DNA of 64,000 bases, taken from positions 248,001-312,000 of the forward strand of contig RSEE01000054.1 of NCBI GenBank assembly GCA_003971905.1. Direction: 5' to 3'. The notes below the pieces were generated by a model. It did no database searches. It was not told the DNA's origin and saw only the letters and a program-made list of their open reading frames with translations. The DNA is from Moniliella sp. 'wahieum' (Eukaryota). Positions 60,835-64,000 of the stretch are shown piece after piece. A program made the translations under genes and the position numbers. Positions within the stretch are counted from its first letter, which is position 1; each line of letters begins with the position of its first letter.

Positions 60835-63800
60835 TCTATATTTACCTTGGTCTGTGCCAAGGGTTCCCCTCGTTATTGCCCTGGATCCATCTGGTTCCCT
60901 ACCTACACAAATATGACCTAGCGGTGCAGAAATAATATAATAAGGGGAGTGCACTTCAGTGGCGATGGTGAATAGGAGGAGGAAGAACTACTGATATGCA
61001 CACAGAACCTACATGAATGCGGGACGCAAAAGAGAAGGTCGAATGATGGCAATCTAGTAGTATATCTCATAGTTCTCTATGGCCAAAGGTATACTGAGAA
61101 GTAAGTTAGCGGTGACGGAGGTGAAGGAGGGGCATTGCGTTGGATGCCGGACAAGTTCCAGGGCATACTCACTGACAGCGAGATCAAAAGTCTTACCCCG
61201 ACCAACCCGAGATGGCGATTAGTCCGTCCAAAAGGGGCATGTCCCGGAACGTCAGGCTTCTTTCTACGTCTCTGGCAAAGCGTCAATTCAGGTCCAAGCG
61301 CTGGATGACCTAATCGAGTGCGCGACCCGAGCCGAGTTGTATTTGTTGTCGCTAGACATCCTCCAGGGCCGCAACCATTCACTTGCCTCGCCATGGCCAA
61401 CTCCCAGCTTCCAGTCCCGGGCGCACATCAATAACAGCAACTATAACAACTACGAGCCGATAGACCTAGATGGAGCGGAGGTCCGTCCCGTGAGACGCAG
61501 GTTCCGGCTCAGTGATGACGAGTAGGGCGATCGAACATTCTCAGCCCCGAGTTCTTCGTTACGTCGATTCCGCGCTACGCAGCGGTCTTGCGTACCGACT
61601 TCCTGGACGCCGATGAGGTGTCATTTCCTTTACTCGAGATGGTTCAGCCGAGCTTAGCTTTAAGGGCCATGCCCCCCGATCGAGTTTTGTGGTATCCTGG
61701 ACATACGTCTAGTCTCGGCTCCTCGTTTCAATCACGAGCTTCAACAAAATGATCTTCTCATCGTCGGGCAAGTGTGGGTTGCGAGGTGGTGGCTACGTCC
61801 TCAGGAGAGATTCGAGTTGCTCGAGAGATAAGACCGAAACTGTGATGAAGGCGAAAACCAAGACCTATTGCCCGAGGGTGAGGAGATCGAGGCCATACGA
61901 GAGCTCAATGGGTACGAATAGGCCACCGTGACGCGAGCCGAAGAGGGCTGTGCGCACCGCAGGGATATTAGATGCGCGATGGGTTAATCCAGCCAGTCTC
62001 TCATTTTAAACGCCCGCAAAGACCTTCGGGAGTCTTGCAACCCCGCGGGGTCGCGAGCAGCACACACTGCCCTCATGCCTAACCCCCATCCTCCGCTGTA
62101 TGTGAGACACAGGCTAAAACAGGATACTTGGGTTTTTGGGCTGGATGCATGATATATGCTTTTCTACCTGTGACGGGCTCCTTGCCGGATCGGACCCCGA
62201 GCACTCTGGCGAGCTCCCCCCTGCCGCTTCCGCCTCCGACGATGTGGCTGCCCTGGTCGATGACTAGGAGGGTACCAGCGAGCATGATCACCCCAGCTAC
62301 AACAACAAGCAGCTTGTTTCTTTTTGGCCCGTGCGGTTCATCCTCGGTGAGTCCAACAAAAGGCTCAGCACCTCTATACAGCGGAGGCTGTGGCCCAGGC
62401 GTTTCAACAGCAGGTGATGATCTGCACTCTGCTTCGACCGCTTCCCTCTATCCCCTCGCATCTGTCCCATTTGCCCGAACTCGCCATCATGAGCCCCAAT
62501 GCGTCCTCGGCCATATGCCACAGTCGAACACACTGAGACCGATGTGTATCCCGGGGTATGTTGACTATTCTTCTCTGGTCCTTCTGTGACATTTTGGTCG
62601 TTAGACAAGAAAACTGACCTGTTTCCCTTCCCCTCCGCACAGATTCATGACACGGACGGGGGAGATGTCAGTGCCACGCCACGTCACACCTTTGGCATCT
62701 GCGACGACTGAGGCCGGGGTCGAGTCGACCGAATCGACTCCGTGCCCTGTGGTACCACCGGGACTCCTTCCACATTACCACCACCGCAGCCGCAGGTTCT
62801 TTTCCCGCCCCCGACTCCGACCGGCTTTTCGTTCTCTGACGAGGATGATGGAGAGGACCAGGGGACTCGTACCTCCCCCGTTCCAACAACACGCTGCACA
62901 CACAACCGCTCCCCATACCTGAACCCAAGTGGAAGGCGAAGTTCAAGACTACCTTGTGCCGCGAGCAGGTGAAGGTGCTCGGGGAAGGCTTTCTTTTCCA
63001 GCCACGGAGACCCAACAGGAACATAATCAGAGGGCCCGGGCACAGCGGAAGCGTACCGCCAAGTTCAATATGCTGACCTTGAGGCGCTCCTCGATCGGTT
63101 TGAACAACATCCCCAAAACAATTTGGAGCTAAAGAGTGGACGACAACTCATCCTCTTCGTCCTATTCGTTCTCCCTATTCTCCTCTGAATCTGCAGAGGA
63201 GTGGGATGGGGATAAGTGCGGAATACTCGGAGCCCAATGAGTTGGGGGTGCAGGACCTGATCAACATGGGGGCGCCATGGTTTGACGCACTTCTGCCGTC
63301 CGCGACGCATCCATCCTGAAAAAGGTCACACCGATTAACATGTTCTTTGAGGTATATGGCCAACATGTTTTCGCTCTCTTCCTTCTCAACCAATGGCATC
63401 TGGCGACGGTCAATCTCCACTCAATAATTAATCACCACCGCCATACAATAACCACGGTTACCGGTTAGGATGCATTTTAGCGATTTTCTCGATTATCGAT
63501 CCTCGATTACTGAAGAGAGCCTCATGGCCCAGTCATCTTGGCCTCCAGTTTACTCTCCTCCATCCACATCACAGGGTATCTTGGTATGAGTTCTCATACT
63601 TTCTACCAGCTTTTTCCGCCTTACTGAGGCACTCATTGACGAACCCAGAATCCCAATGTCATACGCAAAATTGATCCGCCGTGCATCTTTATATATTAGT
63701 CACCCCGCGTGTCTTCCCCGAGCGGCTTCTGTTGGACCGAATTCGCCTTTCAGCCACATCGCTTCAGGCAAGTTGTGCTCTGATTCTGGGATGGTCTCCA

Positions 63801-64000
63801 GGACGGGTAGTCTTCGTAGAGGTCCTCTCATTTTTCGCTCGCAAGTCGGGAGGTCTTCAGTATGATCGGGTTTGTCAATTGTATGGTTGGGTTCTCGTCG
63901 CTCCGTGACGGGCGCGTGGCCGATTGACAGGGATGTAGTAAACCTTACCGGCCTTACCAGCCGTACCGGCCACCCTGTTCTCCCCTTTTTTGCCTCGTGA

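Noticed and set aside
60900..64000. Short ORFs at the window end as a gene or transposon
   Set aside because: No RT, integrase, transposase or other motif recognised, and no consistent reading-frame chain.

Overview
This is a gene-dense, GC-rich, intron-poor eukaryotic window. The gene set and the GT..(CTRAC)..YAG introns indicate a fungus, most likely a basidiomycete (Ustilaginomycotina-like; this is an inference). Nearly every gene, including core housekeeping genes, is split by 1-2 nt indels. I read these as uncorrected long-read consensus errors, so coordinates are stitched across frames and are approximate. Recognisable genes in order: KGD2 (two lipoyl domains), LEU2, SAL1-like Ca2+-binding mitochondrial carrier, YOP1, ERD2, RSC1/2-like bromo-BAH protein, HIS5, VMA6, PET127, a rhodanese-methyltransferase fusion, a divergent group-III G-alpha, a Pmp3-domain protein, a paladin-like triple PTP-like protein, an alpha/beta hydrolase, a cytochrome P450, ARE sterol acyltransferase and a DUF218 protein. 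No tRNA, rRNA, CRISPR array or intact transposon was seen. The most unusual non-coding signals are: (i) an intergenic pattern of TNA triplets at 7-bp spacing separated by varying 4-bp palindromes; (ii) an exact 13-bp palindrome found three times; (iii) a ~480-bp interleaved A-B-A'-B' inverted-repeat locus; and (iv) a ~72-bp element present twice, 50 kb apart.
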